Shown here in pieces: positions 61,096 to 64,000 of a stretch of 64,000 nt of DNA. The notes under the pieces are model-generated. The model was not told the origin of the DNA. It worked only from the letters and a program-made list of their open reading frames with translations, and searched no databases. The DNA lies in contig JBIJDH010000005.1 in assembly GCA_044344255.1 (NCBI GenBank), positions 1 to 64,000 of the forward strand, read 5' to 3'. This stretch comes from Myxococcota bacterium. Its GTDB lineage: Bacteria; Myxococcota_A; UBA796; UBA2385. Numbering within the stretch: the stretch's first letter is position 1; each line of letters opens with the position of its first letter. Both the position numbers and the translations under genes were made by a program.

Positions 61096-63999
61096 TCAGG
61101 GGCAGGTGCTGTAGGCCGTCGGGCTGGCGCTGACCGTGCTCGGCAGCAACACCCGGATGGCGCCCACGCCGCCGCTGCCGGCGGTGGTGGTGGAGCCGCC
61201 GGCCTCGGAGCCCGTGCCCCCCGCGCCGCCGCCGGCGAGCAGGCTGCCGGTGGCCGCGCTCAGGGTCGCGGCCCCCAGCCAGAGGCTCCCGCCGGCGCCG
61301 CCGCCGCCGCCCCCTGGGCTGGCTCCGCCGGTGTAGTACCCGGACTCGCCGCTCGCGCCAGAGACCGTGATGCTGCCGCTGAGCGAGAGGCTGGCCGCGG
61401 AGATGAGCACCACGCCGCCCCCGTCGCCGCCGGCCCCGCCGTAAGAGCCGCCGCCGGGGTCTGCGTCGAGGCCGCCCGCGCCGCCGCCGCCGCCCATGAA
61501 GAGGGTGGTGAGCGCGGCGGAGCCCGCGGTGCCCCCGCCCGCGCCAGCGGTGTTGCCCCAGCCCGAGATGGTGCCGCCGATGGAGCCGGCGCTCAGGTAG
61601 CCGCCGCCGCCGCCGTCGGCGTGGGTGAGGGAGGGTGAGTATCCGCCGCCGCCGCCGGTGCTGTTGGCGCCCGTGCTCCGGCTCTGGCTCCCGGTGTAGG
61701 TCTCACCCTGCTCGCCGGTCTGGGTCGCCGAGTAGGTGCGGCTCCCGCCCCGATAGCCCTGTCCCGCGCTCTGGATGGTGCCCGCCACGCTGAGGCTCTG
61801 CGCCACGAAGGTGACGAGCCCGCCGCCCACGCTGGAGGCCCCCGCCCAGTCGGGCGCGCTCAGGGTCTGTCCGCTGGGCACCGACACGGCGCTGTACTGG
61901 GGGACACGGACGACCCAATTCGTATCGCTGGCGCTGTACGTGTTCGCCAGGCTAGCCGACAGGGAGAGGCTCCCGGTGGCTACCCCGTCCACGGTGACGA
62001 CCTCCCAGGCCCCAGCGCTCGCGCCATAGGCCGCATAAACGAGCGCGAGGTCGCCGGTGGCCCAGCCGCTGCTGCTCGTGACCGACAGGCTCGTGGCGCC
62101 GGCGCTCGCGGAGGCCGACAGGGTGGTGCCCGTGTAGGACAGGGCGGCGCCGGAGGCCGTGTAGGCGCCGTCTCGCCCGTCGCCGACGGGGAGCTCGAAG
62201 CCGTCGCAGTCCTGGTCGAGGCAGTCCCAGACCTCCGCCGCGCCCGGGTGGACGTCTGCGTCACCGTCATCGCAGTCGGTGGCGGTGGTGACCGCGCTGG
62301 CGGGGGCGTCGCAGGCCAGGGTGCTGAGACTGGCGTCACCGTACCCGTCGCCGTCACCGTCCTCGTACCAAGTGGTGCCGGTGCCGAGATCGACGGAGCT
62401 GTCGGCGTCGTCGATCAGGGTGTCGCAGTCGTTGTCGATGGTGTCGCAGATCTCCGTGGCGGAGGGCGAGACGTCGGCGTCGGTGTCGTCGCAGTCGGAG
62501 TCGTCGTAGAGGGAGCCGGCGGGCAGGTCGCAGCTCAGGAGGGCGTCGCCGGGGTCCCCAAAGCCATCGCCGTCGGTGTCGGCGTAGCTCATGAGCGCGG
62601 TGGTGAGGTCGAGGGAGGGGTCGGCGTCGTCGATGAGCTCGTCGCAGTCGTCGTCGACGCCGTCGCAGATCTCTGTCCCGGCGGGGGAGATGTCGGGGTC
62701 GGCGTCGTCGCAGTCGGTCTGGTCGGTCGTGGTGCCGGCGGGGGCGCTGCAGGCCCAGGTGGTGTCGTCGGGGTCGCCATACCCGTCGGCGTCGTCGTCG
62801 TCGGCGTAGAGGGCGCCGGTGCTCGTGTCGACCGAGGGATCGGCGTCGTCGACGAGCCCGTCGCAGTCGTTGTCCACCCCGTCACAGACCTCGGGGTCAA
62901 GGGGAGAGACGAGGGCGCTCGTGTCGTCACAGTCGGTCCGGTCGGAGACGTAGCCGGTGGGCTGCGCGCAGGCCCAGCGGACGACGCCAGGGTCGCCGTA
63001 TCCGTCACCGTCGGCGTCGCGGTGCCAGGCGGCGCCGGTGCTCGTGTCGACGTCGGGGTCGTCGTCGTCGATGAGGCCGTCACAGTCGTCGTCCTCACCA
63101 TCGCAGAGCTCGGGCGCGCCCGGGCTGGTCGTGGCGTCGAGGTCGTCGCAGTCGGTGTTGTCGGCCACCTCCGCGGCCCCGGGCTCGCAGGAGACGACGG
63201 GGCTGTCGATGTCACCGTATCCGTCGCCGTCGGTGTCCGCGTACCAGGTGGTGGCCGAGGAGAGGTCGAGGTCGGGATCGGCGTCGTCGGTCAGGGTGTC
63301 GCAGTCGTTGTCCTGCTCGTCACAGACCTCGGTGGCGTCGGGCCGGATGAGTGCGTCCTTGTCATCACACTCCTCACAGGCGGCCCAGCCATCGCCGTCG
63401 ACGTCTGCGTAGCCCACAGAGCCGTCACAGTTGTAGTCATTCGGGTCGGAGCAGTCCGTCTCCGGAGCGCCAGGGTGATAGGCGGCGTCCTCGTCGTCGC
63501 AGTCGCCGGGCTCGGCGGTGTAGCCCTCGGGCTCGGCGCAGGCCTCGGTGGTGGCGCTGGAGAGGCCATAGTCGTCCCCGTCGCGGTCCTCGTACCAGAC
63601 GAGCCCCACGTCCTCGTCGACGAGGTCGTCGCAGTCGTTGTCGATCTCGTCGCAGACCTCGAGGAGCCCCGGGGCGGCCAGGGCGGTGCTGTCGTCGCAG
63701 TCGAGGCCGTTGGTGACGGTGCCCGGCGGGAGGTCACAGGCGAGGGTGGCGGTGGCCGGGTCCCCGTATCCGTCGGCGTCGGCGTCGGCGTAGACGAGGT
63801 CGCCGATGCCCTCGTCGATCTCTTCGTCGCAGTCGTTGTCTTTGTCGTCACAGAGCTCGAAGCCGCCGGGATAGACCTGCTCGTCCTGGTCGTCGCAGTC
63901 GGCGTCGTTGGTGACGAGCCCCTCGTCCCCCGAGCAGGCCTCGAGGGAGGCCTCGGCGTCGCCGAAGCCGTCGTCGTCGGTGTCGGCGTACCAGGTGGT
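61096..63999 (-). CDS. Large DCDD-repeat surface protein with a C-terminal Gly-rich domain (5'-partial)
   Basis: Frame is open to the window edge; about ten WYxDxDGDGYGD..DCDD..PxxxExCDxxDNDCD units; C-terminal GGGGG-rich domain. Confidence 0.9.
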   Translation of the reverse strand, partial: TTWYADTDDDGFGDAEASLEACSGDEGLVTNDADCDDQDEQVYPGGFELCDDKDNDCDEEIDEGIGDLVYADADADGYGDPATATLACDLPPGTVTNGLDCDDSTALAAPGLLEVCDEIDNDCDDLVDEDVGLVWYEDRDGDDYGLSSATTEACAEPEGYTAEPGDCDDEDAAYHPGAPETDCSDPNDYNCDGSVGYADVDGDGWAACEECDDKDALIRPDATEVCDEQDNDCDTLTDDADPDLDLSSATTWYADTDGDGYGDIDSPVVSCEPGAAEVADNTDCDDLDATTSPGAPELCDGEDDDCDGLIDDDDPDVDTSTGAAWHRDADGDGYGDPGVVRWACAQPTGYVSDRTDCDDTSALVSPLDPEVCDGVDNDCDGLVDDADPSVDTSTGALYADDDDADGYGDPDDTTWACSAPAGTTTDQTDCDDADPDISPAGTEICDGVDDDCDELIDDADPSLDLTTALMSYADTDGDGFGDPGDALLSCDLPAGSLYDDSDCDDTDADVSPSATEICDTIDNDCDTLIDDADSSVDLGTGTTWYEDGDGDGYGDASLSTLACDAPASAVTTATDCDDGDADVHPGAAEVWDCLDQDCDGFELPVGDGRDGAYTASGAALSYTGTTLSASASAGATSLSVTSSSGWATGDLALVYAAYGASAGAWEVVTVDGVATGSLSLSASLANTYSASDTNWVVRVPQYSAVSVPSGQTLSAPDWAGASSVGGGLVTFVAQSLSVAGTIQSAGQGYRGGSRTYSATQTGEQGETYTGSQSRSTGANSTGGGGGYSPSLTHADGGGGGYLSAGSIGGTISGWGNTAGAGGGTAGSAALTTLFMGGGGGAGGLDADPGGGSYGGAGGDGGGVVLISAASLSLSGSITVSGASGESGYYTGGASPGGGGGGAGGSLWLGAATLSAATGSLLAGGGAGGTGSEAGGSTTTAGSGGVGAIRVLLPSTVSASPTAYSTCP

Positions 64000-64000
64000 G

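Overview
A very GC-rich chromosomal window with about 48 protein-coding genes and one tRNA-Val(CAC). The gene content (four eukaryote-like Ser/Thr kinases, FHA proteins, a MYXO-CTERM-like tail, Asp/Cys-rich DCDD-repeat lipoproteins, a TraB-like OmpA protein) points to a Myxococcota-type deltaproteobacterium; this is an inference. Housekeeping genes include hemE-hemN-hemH-hemY, ssb, a long-chain acyl-CoA ligase, rlpA, mscS and a Fur-family regulator. The left edge holds a compositionally atypical KAP NTPase and a decayed histidine-phosphatase gene. The most striking signal is a three-gene cassette that recurs three times (about 7.5-12 kb, 35-41 kb and 49-55 kb). Each copy has a membrane Ser/Thr kinase with a C-terminal Cys pair, an unannotated secreted protein with a conserved C-x40-42-C / LPCL-x16-GL signature, and a DCDD-repeat (with or without FG-GAP) lipoprotein. 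FHA-domain outputs and two near-identical sigma54 promoters lie next to the cassettes, so this is a candidate undescribed trans-envelope phospho-signalling system. Non-coding signals include a strong leaderless-transcript signature (TAnnnn-N6-ATG) and many short tandem duplications at gene boundaries. No CRISPR array, rRNA, integrase or transposase was seen. All calls come from reading motifs by eye; no database searches were run.
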